A stretch of 64,000 nt of DNA from Octopus vulgaris (lineage: Eukaryota). Within the stretch, counting starts at the first letter, position 1; the number at the start of each line of letters is the position of its first letter. The DNA lies in NCBI GenBank assembly GCA_951406725.2, contig OX597840.1, positions 14,074,001 through 14,138,000 of the forward strand, in the 5' to 3' direction. Shown here in pieces: positions 1 to 13,223 of the stretch. The notes under the pieces are model-generated. The model had not been told where the DNA came from, searched no databases, and saw only the letters and a program-made list of their open reading frames with translations. The position numbers and the translations under genes were made by a program.

Positions 1-290
1 TAATACCACTTGCTAAAACCAAAGCCAATGCTTCAAAAACCACCACAAACTCACGATAAAGATGTTGAAATGTTATGTTCAACTGATGATCACAGAGTAT
101 ATTAGTGATGCAAAGTGTGATACTAATTGATATTGAAATATACATTACTTACTGATGTAATCAATGCAAAGGTAAGCCTATTTCTCATATGGTCATCGCA
201 TTGTATCTTTATTGTGAATTTTATGGTGGTTTTTGGAGCATTGGCTCTGATTTTAGCAAGTGGCATATACCCTACTGAATCTAAATTTAC

Positions 291-293
291 CAT

Positions 294-340
<47 letters not shown>
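291..340. repeat. (TA)n microsatellite
   Basis: Direct inspection. Confidence 0.95.
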
Positions 341-343
<3 letters not shown>

Positions 344-1375
344 GCTGAATGACCCAGCATTGCCTGGATTAGTAAACAATAAATATAAAGATATATTTTC
401 ATAATTATATCAAAATATCTATATTTTGTTGAAAAATATCCAAATTGTAATGATAATAGAATTTTGAACTGAAAATCTGTCAATGTTGAAGCATTGCAGA
501 GTAAAAAATATTCATTGTATAATATTTTGTTGGTGTCTAAATGAATAAAGTGTTGCTGCTTCCAACTTGCAAGCAAACAACATGGAGTTGGCCGAGGGAG
601 AAGCATGTAGTAGAGAGATCAAGTCCAACTACCTTCAGGGATCGACCCTGAGATTTGTTAAGTGAAATATCAAAACTTAGTTTGACTGGAAACAGAGGCA
701 TTTTAAATTCAAATGGAACATCTGTAGGTAGGAGAAGAATTTTTGGAATAAAGACATCTCCTTTATGACTACCTGTCATTATTGTTGCCTGTAGGACATG
801 GGGCTTCATGGAAGTAACAATTGAGTTCCATTATACAGGTGAGATGGATCAAGATTCCTAAGCAACATAATGAGAGAACCCAGTTTTAGTGTCAAGTTAT
901 ACGGTGGCACCCCAGTGGGTTTAAGTGTGTTCAGAAATTCAACAGGGTATTGAACAACCTGATCTTGCTGTCAATTGCTGTCAATTGATCAAAATGTAAT
1001 TTCTGATGTATTTGTTAACTTTTGAAGGAGTTCCTGATTGAACTTATCAACCATTTCATTAGTTGGAGCCAGTATAGCTCTTTCACATCAGCCAGTTTAC
1101 ATCAGTGTAATTGACAGGTGAACTAGGAAATACTTTATCCATAAGATCCCTAAGAGAAAGTGTCATTTGATCTCATGGAAATTCATGTAGCTGTTAATAT
1201 CCCATTACCAATCTTAAGAAACTCACATGATCATCTTGTAAAAGTACGCATGTGTTGCTTGGATGATCAAGTTTTTCACATGTCTCCAAAGCTATGATTT
1301 TTGTAAGCATGCATTGCTTTCATCAGCTTTTGATCCTTTGGGGATAAATGGCAACATTTGACAAAAATCTCCTAG
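341..1375 (-). mobile_element. Helitron 3' fragment (PIF1-like helicase pseudogene plus 3' hairpin terminus)
   Basis: ORF 537-809 (FPVKLSFDISLNKSQGRSLKVVGLDL..CFSLGQLHV) matches PIF1/RepHel C-terminal motifs. Upstream frames give YPVEFLNTLKPTGVPP and IMLLRNLDP. The minus-strand end is CCAGGCAATGCTGGG (imperfect hairpin)...CAGCTAC, a CTAG variant, abutting (TA)n. Confidence 0.85.
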
Positions 1376-1456
1376 TGAGAATTTACAAAAAAACAGAAGA
1401 CGGATGTGTAAACAACAAACAGATGTATTAGTTCAATGCTTGGAAAGTGAGAAAGA

Positions 1457-1620
1457 TATATATATACAAATATATATGTATATATTTATATGTATATATA
1501 TTTATATACATATATAAATATGTATATATTTATATGTATATATATTTATATACATATATATATATGTATATATTTATATGTATATATATTTATATACATA
1601 TATATATATACGTGTATATA

Positions 1621-1685
<65 letters not shown>

Positions 1686-1722
1686 CACACACACATATAT
1701 ATATATATGTGTGTGTGTATGT
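1457..1722. repeat. (TA)/(TATG)n compound microsatellite
   Basis: Direct inspection; explains the YI-rich ORFs. Confidence 0.95.
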
Positions 1723-1724
1723 AA

Positions 1725-1905
1725 AAAGCACCCACTACACTCGCGGAGTGGTTGGCGTTAGGAAGGGCATCCAGCTGTAGAAACTCTGCCAGATCAGACT
1801 GGAGCCTGGTACAGCCCCTGGCTTCCCAGACACCAGTCGAACTGTCCAACCCGTGCTAGCACGGAAAACGGACGTTAAACGATGATGATGATGATGATGA
1901 TGATG
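1725..1905 (+). mobile_element. 3' end of RTE-type LINE with (GAT)n tail
   Basis: Closely matches the reverse complement of 24080-24250, the 3' end of the RTE element; ends in (gat)n. Confidence 0.8.
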
Positions 1906-2678
1906 ATATATGCACACACTTATGTACATGTATAAGCACCTGTATGTAAACACATTTGAGGCAGAATTTTGCAGCCATCATCAATTCTTCCTTGTTTATC
2001 AAACAAAGCATCACTTTATTCCACAGGTTTTGAAATCACAGAACGGCCAATTGTAATATCAACAAAGTGACGTTAACATTAGCACCACTTTGCAGATGTA
2101 ACGACATGTGGAATATATTCACACACATGAATGCACCTGATGGGTTTCCTGCTGTTTGTATCTAACAGATTCCCTCATGTAGCATTTGTCAGGTCAGGGT
2201 CACATTAAAAGACCCCCATGGTGCAATATAATAGGAACAAACCTGAAACCACATCATGAAGGGGCAAAATCCTTCACCACATAGTCATGGCTGTGTGTTT
2301 ATGTGTGTGTACGTGCAAGCATGTGTGCATGCATGCATGTGCATACATGCATGCATGTGTGCATCCCCCTTCTATTAACACCTTATCATTTACTTCCCCC
2401 TCCTCCTTTCTCTTTGCCATTCTCTCTTCCTTTCTCTTTGTCACTCTTCTTCCCTCGCCTCACCCTCTCTCACTTTGGCTTCCTTTCTCCCACTGCCTCT
2501 TCCTCTCTACTTCCCGCACTCTCTCTCTTCCTCCCCCTCCACTCTCTCTCTTCCTCCCCCTCCATATCTCTACAATGTGTGTAGGTGTGATTGGCTTAGA
2601 TAAAGCATGAAGATGAAGAGGCAGAGTGGTTTGGCTCCTGCCACCAACACTTCCCTTCTTTCTCAACACTCTGATGTC

Positions 2679-2975
2679 CCCACCACCACCACCACTACCA
2701 CCACCATTACCACCACCACAACCACCACCACCACCGCCACTACCACCACCATTACCACCATCACCATCAGCACCACCACCGCCACTACCACCACCATTAC
2801 TACCACCACCACCATTACTACCACCACCACCACCGCCACTACCACCACCATTGCCACCACCACCACCATTACCACCACCACCATCAGCACCACCACCACC
2901 ACCACCGCCACTACCACCACCATTACCACCACCACCACAACCACCACCACCATCACCACCACCATCACATTACCA
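2679..2975. repeat. (ACC)n degenerate trinucleotide repeat
   Basis: Direct inspection; produces poly-Thr/Pro/Val ORFs. Confidence 0.95.
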
Positions 2976-3801
2976 TTGGATACGAATGCAGTTCCTGCCT
3001 CACCCCTGTTCGTGCTGCAATTAATTAATAGGTACTTTGTTAATCTCACACCCTTGATAATCTTGTTTTGTTTGTGTGTTTTGATATTTATTGAATTTTA
3101 AATAATTTTGTTTTATTTTCTATAATATTCCATCCTAACTAATTAGCTGTTACTTTCTTAATGAACAAATAATTTATAAAAGGCAATAATGCATGCGTGT
3201 GTGTATGTGTGTTTGTGTGTGTGTGTATGCATGTGTGTGTATGCGTGTGTTTGTGTGGGTGTGTATGTGCATGTATGTGTGCGTGTGTTATCTAATCATA
3301 AATTCTTATCCACACGCACCTATATGTGTGTATGTAAATATTTATATGTATACATGTATGTGTGTTTGTGTGTGTATATATATATATATATTTATAGTGT
3401 GTGTGTGTGTGCATATGAGTCTGTTTGTGTGTGAGCATACGTGTGTGTGTGTACAGAAATGACTTTGTAGTTGGTAATTTTGCCCCCTAATTCCATGGCT
3501 TGAGTTCAGTCTCACCTTGGGCAGGTGTCTTCTACAACCCCAGGCCAGCCAAAATCTTGTGAGTGATTTTGGTGAACAGAAACTGTAAGAGGCTCATTCT
3601 GTGTGTGTGTGTGAAAGAGATAGAGAGGGGAGAGAGAAAGGGAGAGAGAGAGTTCATATTTCTTTCTCTGGTTATAAACAAAAGCTTAGAATTATCTTTG
3701 AGTTCTTTAGACATAACCAGACATAGCTTTTGAGCTTTTGAACTTGTGATTGCCTGGAACACACACTCACACACACACACACACACATACACACACACAC
3801 A

Positions 3802-3839
<38 letters not shown>

Positions 3840-4250
3840 GTATGTGTTTGTGTGTATCCACGTAATGGCTGTAAATGAGCGTCACCAACATACAATCTGT
3901 ATTGTTTGTTTCCGGTCTTCCTGGAAAAAATGTCTATCCAGGGGGAGATATTACATTCCTTGGAAACAGGCGAAAGTTGGCAACAGGAACAGCACCCAGC
4001 TGTAGAAAAACCTGCTTCAACAAAATCCGTCTGACCCATACAAGCATGGAAAAGTGAACGTTAAAACAATGATGATGATAATGATGATGTGTGTGTGTGT
4101 GTGTACTTCTTGCCCTTTAATCTCTCATCCCCCTTCCCGTCACGCATGACTTACCATTTCTTTGTTTATCTTATCACTCTCATCGGTATTTTCTTTCACC
4201 CATGCCTTTCTCTTGCTTCCCATTCTCTTGACCCTATCACCCATCTCTCA

Positions 4251-4252
<2 letters not shown>

Positions 4253-4281
<29 letters not shown>

Positions 4282-4385
4282 CTTCTTCTTCTTCTTCTTC
4301 CTTCTTCTTCTTCTTCTTCTTCTTCTTCTTCTTCTTCTTCTTCTTCTTCTTCGTCTTCTTCTTCATCTTCTTCCTCTTCTTCTTT

Positions 4386-4418
<33 letters not shown>

Positions 4419-4707
4419 CTCTTCTTCTTCTTCTTCTTCTCCCTCTTCTTCTTCTTCTTCTCCATCTTCTTCTTCTTCTTCTCCATCTTCTTTTTCTTTT
4501 TCTTCTTCTTCTTCTTCTTCTCCTTCTTCTTTTTCTTCTTCTTCCTCTCCTTCTCCCTCTTCTTCGTCTTCTTCCTCTCCTTCCTCTTCTCCTTCTTCTT
4601 CTTCTTCTCCCTCTTCTTCTTCTTCTTCTTCTTCTCCATCTTCTTCTTCTTCTTCTTCTTCTTCTTCTCCATCTTCTTTTTCTTCTTCTTCTTCTTCTTC
4701 TTCTTCA

Positions 4708-4739
<32 letters not shown>

Positions 4740-5094
4740 TTCTTCTTCTCCATCTTCTTTTTCCTCTTCCTCTTCTTCTTCTTCTTCTTCTTCTCCCTTT
4801 TCTTCTTCTTCTCCATCTTCCTCTTCTTCTTCTTCTTCTTCTTCTTCTCCATCTTCTTTTTCCTCTTCCTCTTCTTCTTCTTCTTCTTCTTCTTCTCCCT
4901 TTTCTTCTTCTTCTCCATCTTCTTCTTCTTCTTCTTCTTCTTCTTCTTCTTCTTCTCCATCTTCTTTTTCTTCTTCTTCTTCTTCTTCTTCTCCTTCTTC
5001 TTTTTCTTCTTCTTCCTCTCCTTCTCCCTCTTCTTCGTCTTCTTCCTCTCCTTCCTCTTCTCCTTCTTCTTCTTCTTCTTCTCCTTCTCCCTCT

Positions 5095-5141
<47 letters not shown>

Positions 5142-5440
5142 TTTTTCTCCTTCTTCTTTTTCTTCTTCTTCTCCTTCTCCCTCTTCTTCTTCTTCTTCTT
5201 CTTCTTCTCCCTCTTCTTCTTCTTCTCCTTCTCCCTCTTCTTCTTCTTCTCCTTCTCCCTCTTCTTCTTCTTCTTCTTCTTCTTCTTCTTCTCCCTCTTC
5301 TTCTTCTCCTTCTTCTCCTCCCTCTTCTTCTTCTTCTTCTTCTTCTCCTCCTTCTTCTCCTTCTCCTTCTTCTTCTTCTCCTTCTTCTTCTTCTCCTCCA
5401 CCTCCGCTCCTCCTCCTCCTCCACTTCCCCCCTCCTCCTC
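4253..5440. repeat. ~1.15 kb (TTC)n/(TCC)n polypyrimidine tract with internal higher-order duplications
   Basis: Almost purely C/T on the plus strand; the block at ~4521-4600 recurs at ~4991-5070. Confidence 0.97.
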
Positions 5441-5899
5441 ACTGCACAAAGCTCTCAATACAACGCTCATCTTACATTGCACTCTCTTGCTTTAGTCTTT
5501 ACTCTTCTGTCTCCTCATCCCTACACATTCTGTCACTCCTCATCTCTTCCTCATCTCTTTCACTTTTCCTGCTTTCACATTCCTCCTGTTCCTTTATGGT
5601 TTGGTGTAATGCAGTTTGTACTCTCTTATGAGGTTTTTCATATGTTCATCTCTTTAATTCATCATCATCATCATCATCAATAGACTTTTGGTTTCGTTTC
5701 TACAGTTGGACACCCTTCTTAACACCAACAACTTCAAGGTGTATTCGTTGCCTTTTATGTGGCACCATCACAAGTGCCTCTTTACATGGTGCCATCACCT
5801 GTGCATTTTATGTGACACCAACACCAGTACTTTTTATGTGACACCATCACCAGTGCCTTTTTATATGGCACCATCACAAATACTTCTTTACATGGTGTC

Positions 5900-6350
5900 T
5901 TTGATTCCTATAATATACTTTCCATGTGGTTTGTGTATTTGTTGTCTTATGTTTAATGCCTGATGTATTTGTAGCATTATTCTATGCCTTGATCTGCCAG
6001 TTCATTAATATTTCCTCTGATAATTCATGTCTCTTTTTCTTCTCTTGATTTCTTTATCCAGTGCTTTGCTTGTGGAGGAGAATCTAAATGTTCCATGGAG
6101 GAGGGATTTTACCACTGATATGTTATATTTGTGTGGGCACTCACTGTCTCTATGTAAGTACATGCATTATCTATGTTTTTATTGTTTTGTAACTGAATAT
6201 TTTACCCCTGAAAATGGAGTCATTGTATTGCTATGAGTTCAGGTCTTCCTTTGGTTTCTCAACAATTTACCCTGGATATATGGATGATGTACTTGTCATA
6301 AAGGATTCACTGAAAGACATTAACAAACAAGAAAATCATTAACAGCACAC
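5900..6350 (-). mobile_element. Degenerate Penelope-like element RT fragment with an inverted segment
   Basis: Minus strand: YLHRDSECPHKYNISVVKSLLHGTFRFSS..LDKEIKR, resembling the PLE RT C-terminal region. Plus strand from 6262: TIYPGYMDDVLVI (YxDD motif). Confidence 0.6.
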
Positions 6351-7572
6351 TCCTCTGTCAGTAACCACAATATCAGCTGGTTGTCACAATGAAGTAATCA
6401 TACAAACTGCTGGAAACAGTAGCCAAATCAACCTCTCATCTTAATAGCAATAACATATTGGGTAATGTAGACCAAAGGAGATTATATTTCAAAAACAAAA
6501 AAAAAGAAAACCAAAGAGATATGATGGTCGTGGTTGAAATGGTTTTGATCAAAGCAGGCCAAGGGCTAAACTACAACAACAACAATAGGAACAACTTGAC
6601 AGGAATAACACACTTGTGTCAACACCAATAAAAATCACATCACCATCATTTAACATCTGTTTTTCCATGCTGGCATGGGTTGGACAGCTTGACAAAAGCT
6701 GGCAAGGCCAAGCATCACACCAGGTTCCATAGCTTTTTTTGGTTTGGTTTCTATGGCCTGGTGCCCTTCCTAATACTGACCACTTCACAGAGTGTATTGG
6801 GTGATTTTCACATGTCACTGGCATGGGTGCCTTTCACATGTCACTCGTGTGGCTCCCTTTTACATATCATTGGTATGAATGTCTTTATGTGTTATTAACA
6901 TGGGTAATTCTTATGTGTCGCTGGCATGGGTGCCTTTTATGTGTCACCAGCATGGGAGCAGATAAGGGAGTTTCTGCATGTTTGCATGATTCGTTAAAAA
7001 CAACAGCCGAACCTTCCTCAAATAACACCCAACTGTCATCTTAAAATTGAAAGAGCACAGTGTGCATCATAGATGTAGCAAATGTATGTTCACAGTTCAG
7101 CTGTTTAAGCTTATAACAGTTTGTACACCTGTTTTCTGCAAGTGGTCACCTGACCTGGTCATTCATTGATCTAGCCTTTCTGGCTCTCATCCGATCATGT
7201 GACAGACCAGCTGAGCCTGGGAAATTTATGTCTCTCTACTGGGAGCCTACCTTCAGCTACATAAGGAAACATTTCCTGCTATTTCCTCTGTGAGGTGAGC
7301 TGCACAGTTAAGATCTTTGGCAAAGAGCAAATTTATTTTCACAGGTATCCTTTGACACATAGGTTTGTTCCTGTCTTCCAGCAGAAGTTATGTCTCATAT
7401 GTTTTTTCTGGTTTTACACTGCATACATCATGAACCAATTGCATTAGAAACCATTGTACATTTGATGACAGTATATTTCAAGACGTACCTTGACAGCTTT
7501 GCCGTGTTAATGCTCTTTAATGAGTTGAGTAAATTGTCGCATTTTATCCTTCTGGTTTTCTGTTTCTTCATT

Positions 7573-7616
<44 letters not shown>

Positions 7617-7823
7617 TATCGGAACTCAAACCAGCTTTATCCCTCTATGCAACTTCAACCATTAAATAGTCATGGACATGCAAAAATGTTGGAGCATATT
7701 TGATCAACCCTTTTTTGGTCAATCTAGAATTGGGGCTTAACAACAACAACAACAACAACAGTATCAGTAACAAGACAAACTTGCCAATAACAGACATTCC
7801 AGTCACACACTAATATACATACC

Positions 7824-8058
7824 TATTTCTTTATTACCCACAAGGGGCTAAACATAGAGGGGACAAACATGGACAGACATAGGTATTAAGTCAATTATAT
7901 CGACCCCAGTGCGGAACTGGTACTTAATTTATCGACCCCGAAAGGATGAAAGGCAAAGTCAACCTCGGCGGAATTTGAACTTACAACGTAACGGCAGCCG
8001 AAATACTCCTAAGCATTTCGCCCGACGTGCTATCGATTCTGCCAGCTCGCCGCCTTAT
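7824..8058 (-). mobile_element. tRNA-derived SINE, family A (core GCCTTTCATCCTTTCGGGGTCGATAAATTAAGTACC)
   Basis: Multicopy in the window; 14-bp TSD CTAATATACATACC at 7810-7823 and 8059-8072. Confidence 0.9.
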
Positions 8059-8212
8059 CTAATATACATACCAGTTACAACAACAGATACACACCTGTCA
8101 CAATATAAATACACACTTATCACAGTAACAGACATATCTGCCACAGCAATATATACACACACACACCTGTCTCAGTAATATACACATTCCTGTCACAACA
8201 ATATACATGTCT

Positions 8213-8430
8213 AAGGCAGTGAACTGGCAGAAACGTTAGCATGCCAGGTGAAATACTTAGCAGTATTTTGTCTGTCTTTATGTTCTGACGTCAAATTCCG
8301 CTGAGGTCGACTTTGCCTTTCATCCTTTTCAATAAATTAAGTACCAGTTGCTTACTGAGGTCGATCTAATCTACTGCCCCCCCCCCCTCCCCCAAAATTT
8401 TGTGCCTTGTGCCTAAAGTGGAAAAGGATA
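8213..8430 (+). mobile_element. SINE family A
   Basis: Aligns by eye with the other family A copies. Confidence 0.85.
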
Positions 8431-11019
8431 ATATACATACCAGCTACAGCAACAGATACACACCTGTCACAACACAAATATACACACCTATCACAGCAAC
8501 AGACACATCTGTCACAACAATACACGCACAGACCTGTCATAATAATATACACGTTCTTGTCACAGCAATATACATACCTGTCAAAATACACGCACCTATC
8601 ACAGCAGACACACTTGTGACAACCAGCTACATCCTGTCACAACAACAGATATTCTTGTCACAATAATATACATACCAGTCACAACATTCACACAAATACA
8701 TCTGTCACAATACACACACACACACTCTTGTCACAGCAACAACATGCATATCTGTCACAGTGACAAATACACCTGTCACACATCTGTCACGGCAGCAAAT
8801 ACACCTGTCACACATCTGTCACAGTTATATAGACTTGTTTTTTATGCCGAGGTTGACTGTGCCTTTCACACTTTCGAGGCTGATGAAATAAGTACCAGTT
8901 ATGCATTGGGGTTGATATAATCGACTATCCCCTCCCCCAAATTTTCAGGCCTTCTGCCTCCAGTAGAAAGAAGTATATACACCTGTTTTAACAACATTCA
9001 CACCTGTCATAATTACAACAAAAGGTACAGCTGTCACAACAAGGACATGAGTCACAATACACATGCATACACCTCACAACAGCCTAACACCTTCTAGAAT
9101 CACAATTGCAAAGTGTCTTAATGAATAACAAGGGTCATGTGCATTTAATAAAATTGCATTTGGTGCTGGGGAACAACTGTCACAACAACAACAATATATG
9201 CCTGAGCAATGCATGCTTGTTGCAGTGACTGCATTTGCTGTCACAAGAACATTGTCACAACAAGAGCACATAACTGTACCTGCACAACAATGCTAAGCAA
9301 GTATTATAACCACACACACACACACACACACACACAGAAGTGTGTGTGTGTGTGTGTGCGTGCACGTGTCTGTTTCAGTTACAACATCAGCCAATTGTTA
9401 CACCACCACCACTACCAACAACACACAACACAATAGTGATACACACTTGTCATAGTGATACCATTTATTGTCAGTGACAGTCACTGTAGCAGCAGTAGCA
9501 GCAGCAGCAGCAACAACAACAACAACATAGCAACTGTTGCTACAACAACACACACATCCCCATCTGTAACAACATCAATTACAACAACAACAACAGCTAC
9601 ACATTGCTGCTGTCAGTAACAATATCAGCTGATTGTCTGAATGATGTAGCTGCTTGACTTGCTAGAAATAGAAGTTAAACCTCCATTGTTGCCTGAGAGA
9701 AAATAAAAAATAAAATAGAATATAAATGTAATAATCCTGTACATGCTGTGTTTGAGAAAATATGGGATGGTTATGGATGGATTGTCTTTGATCATGCTTC
9801 TGTTCAAGCAGTGTTGCCTGTACATGGAACCATCTCAACACCATACCTGTCACTGCAACAGCTGATGAGTAAACCTCTATGTGAGCTCTTGATCTATTAG
9901 AAATAATAGTTAAATTTTCCTCAGATCACACTCTAATAGCTTTCATAAGGGAAGGAGACATTCTTGGAGAAAGTAGGCCTATGCATACAAAATGACAGGA
10001 TGGTCATGGCTGGAATTTCTTTTGTCATGGGTCTGTTCAAGCAAATTTGACTTGGGTTAAACAGCAGCAGCAACATCAACAACAATGGCTGAGCTGGCCG
10101 CAGCAGAGCCTGGAGGACTGCTATAGGTTGAGGTGATGGTGTTCAAGGTGTTTGGCTACGGTGGTGACCAGAATGGGGTGCGAAGAGGGTGATGGGTGGA
10201 GGTTTTGTTGCATTTTCTATGGTAGACACACCTGTGACATCATCCTTATGACATCATACCTTGCCTCTCTCTCTATACCCACACACACGCACACATACAC
10301 ACACACATACATATATATGTATGTATCACTCTTTCTCTTCCATTTGAAATACATATAAACTCATGCACACATACACACACACGCACACACACCACATGCA
10401 AGTTGATATTGATATACTCTCATAATTTATATGAATATATTATGTGTATAAACCATTGCCATTATCATCATCATCATCATTTTTATGGTCGCTTTTCCAC
10501 ACAGCCATGGGTTGGAGAGGACTTTCTGAGGTAATTTTACGGATGGATGCCCTTTCTGATGTCAACCATTTTAGTTCCCCTTACAACATACCGGAATATG
10601 ATGTACGTATTCTGAGAACTGAGATATGTACAGAAGTACTGTAATATATATACGTATGTGTGTGTATTTATGTGTGTGTGTGTATTTGTGTAGATACATA
10701 TATATATATATCTTATGTGTGCATATATATGTATGTATGTATATATATGTATGTATGAATAAATATGTATATGTGTGTATGTATGTGTGTGTGTATGCAT
10801 ATAAATATATTCTTATGTGTATATATATATATATATGTATATACATATGTATATATATATGTATGAATATATGTGCATGTGTGTGTATATATTTATGTGT
10901 ATGTGTCTGAAATGGGTACAATGAACTTGCCATGTATGTATATATGTTTGTATATATGTATGCATATATGCATGTATATATGTATGTATGTATGTACATA
11001 CGTATAAATGTTAAAGTGA

Positions 11020-11074
<55 letters not shown>

Positions 11075-11391
11075 GCCATATATTTAGTGTGTGTGTGTGT
11101 TTGCATGTGTGTTGTATTTAGGTAAATTCTTTTTTCAATTGAGAGGTTTGCAAACATCACTGATCACGTGTCTGATTTCTGATGTTTTAGACATGGTCTA
11201 TAGAAGAGAATGGGAGGATGTGAGCAGGCAGAACTGTTAGCTCATCAGACAAAATGCTTGGCGGTGTTTCTTCTGTCTCTTAACTGAGTTCAATTCCTGC
11301 TAAAGTCAACCCTGCTTTTCATCCCTTCAGGTTCAGTAAAATAAGATACCAGTCAAGTACTGGGGTCAATGCAATAGACTTGGCCCCTCTC

Positions 11392-11797
11392 TTTTACTCT
11401 TTTAATTGTTTCAGTCATTTGACTGTGGCCATGCTGGAGCACCATCTTTAGTCAAACAAATCAAACCCAGGACTTATTCTTTGTAAGCCTAGTACTTATA
11501 CTATTAGTCCCTTTTGCCGAACTGCTAAGTTACAGGTATGTAAACACACCAGCATCGGTTGTCAAGTGTTGTGGGGGACAAACACAGACACACAAATGTA
11601 TACACACACACATACATATATATATATAAATATATATGTCAGACTTCTTTCAGATTCCGTCTACCAAATCCACTCACAAGGCTTTGGTCGGCCTGAGGTT
11701 AAAGTAGAAGACACTTGCCCAAGGTGCCATGCAGTGGGACTGAACCCAGAACCATGTGGTTGTTAGCAAGCTACTTACCACAAAGCCACTCCTATGC
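11392..11797 (-). mobile_element. tRNA-derived SINE, family B (internal TA/GT microsatellite)
   Basis: Reverse complement of the copy at 53667-54060; the head has A/B-box-like motifs (TGGCTGTGTGG, GGTTCAGTCCC). Confidence 0.85.
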
Positions 11798-12284
11798 TTC
11801 TCCTCATAAATTGCTAACCTTGAATCCTGCAATGGACAGCAACCTGTTCGGGATGTGTTTTGTTAAACCTGCTCATATTACAATAAAGAAATTTATTACA
11901 TGTGATGGAAACCAGGTAAAAATGCCTTGAGTCCTAAGATTTGAGAAATAAATGCAATGTATGATAAAATTATATGAAAGGTCATTTATTGATACACACA
12001 CACACTCACACACATTCTCATATCCTCCTTCACACACACACACATTGTTAGTCTTTACATCTACATCCATTTTTCCTTGTCTTCTGGGAAAAACATGTCT
12101 AGCTATGCGAAAATATTACGTTGCTTGGAAACAGGTGCAGGTTGGTGACACCTTTTTCAAGGGTCCCCACAGAAAGTTACTTATGAGTAGAATAATCTAC
12201 CTCAACATATTCTGTCTGATCCCTGCAAACATAAAAAATTGAATGTTAAAACATGAGGATGATTTATATGTAGTACATATATAC

Positions 12285-12850
12285 TCTTTTCTACACTAGG
12301 CATAAGGCTCGAAATTTTTGGGGAGGAGCCAGTCGATTAAATTGTCTTCAGTATGCAACTGGTACTTAATTTATTGACTTCGAAAGAATAAAAGGCCAAG
12401 TCGACCTTGGTGGAATTTGAACTCAGAACATAAAGACAAACGAAATACTGTTAAGCATTTTGCCCGACATGCTAACGATTCTGCCAGCTCGCCACCTTCA
12501 AATGAATTATTCTTATTTCTTTATTGCCCACAAGGGACTAAACATAGAGGGGACAAACAAGGACAAACAGATTAAGTCAATTATATCAACCCCAGTGCAT
12601 AACTGGTACTTATTTAATTGACCCTGAAAGAATGAAAGGCAAAGTCGACCTCAGTGGAATTTGAATTCAGAATGTAGCGGCAGACAAAATACCACTAAGC
12701 ATTTCGTGGATTAGATCCACCCCAGTACACAAATGGTACTTAACTTATCAACCCTGAAAGGATGAATTTGAACTCAAAATGTAAAGACAGACGAAATACC
12801 ACTAAGCATTTCATCTGGCGTGCTAACGATTCTGCCAGCTCACCACCTTG
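12285..12850 (-). mobile_element. Three tandem SINE family A copies
   Basis: Repeated AAAGGCAAAGTCGACCT...GAATTTGAACTCAG...GCTAACGATTCTGCCAGCTC blocks. Confidence 0.85.
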
Positions 12851-12865
12851 TAGTATATATATACT

Positions 12866-13180
12866 GGCACTCTGTCGCTTACGATGACAAAGGTTCCAGT
12901 TGATCCGGTCAACAGAACAGTTTGCTCCGTGAGATTAATGTGCAAGTGGCTGAGCACTCCACAGACACGCATACTTCTTAACATTCTTCTCAGGGGGATT
13001 CAGCATGACACAGAGTGTGACAAAGCTGGCCCTTTGAAATACAGGTACTACTCATTTTTGCCAGATGAGTGGAGCAATGTGAAATAAAGTGTCTTGCTCA
13101 AGGACATAATGTGTTGCTGGGAATAGAACTTGTTACTCTATGATTGTGAGCTGAATACCCTAACCATTAGGTCACACTCT
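12866..13180 (-). mobile_element. tRNA-derived SINE, family C
   Basis: tRNA-like head at ~13060-13180; the body recurs in opposite orientation at 44615-44797 and partly at 26447-26570. Confidence 0.75.
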
Positions 13181-13223
13181 TCGTGATATATGGAGTACAT
13201 ATATTATGTATATATGTATGTGA

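Larger units (their letters stand above)
7790..9260. repeat. Degenerate ~20-23 bp minisatellite (core ACACCTGTCACAAC) interrupted by SINEs
   Basis: Many copies of (c)ctgtcaca at roughly regular spacing. Confidence 0.8.

Noticed and set aside
2607-3101. Mucin-like poly-Thr or extensin-like poly-Pro ORFs with a hydrophobic tail
   Set aside because: (ACC)n microsatellite open in several frames; no signal peptide or splice support.
4089-5631. 468-, 489-, 428- and 245-aa ORFs (poly-Phe/Ser/Lys/Arg)
   Set aside because: Stop-free read-through of the (TTC)n tract in multiple frames and on both strands.
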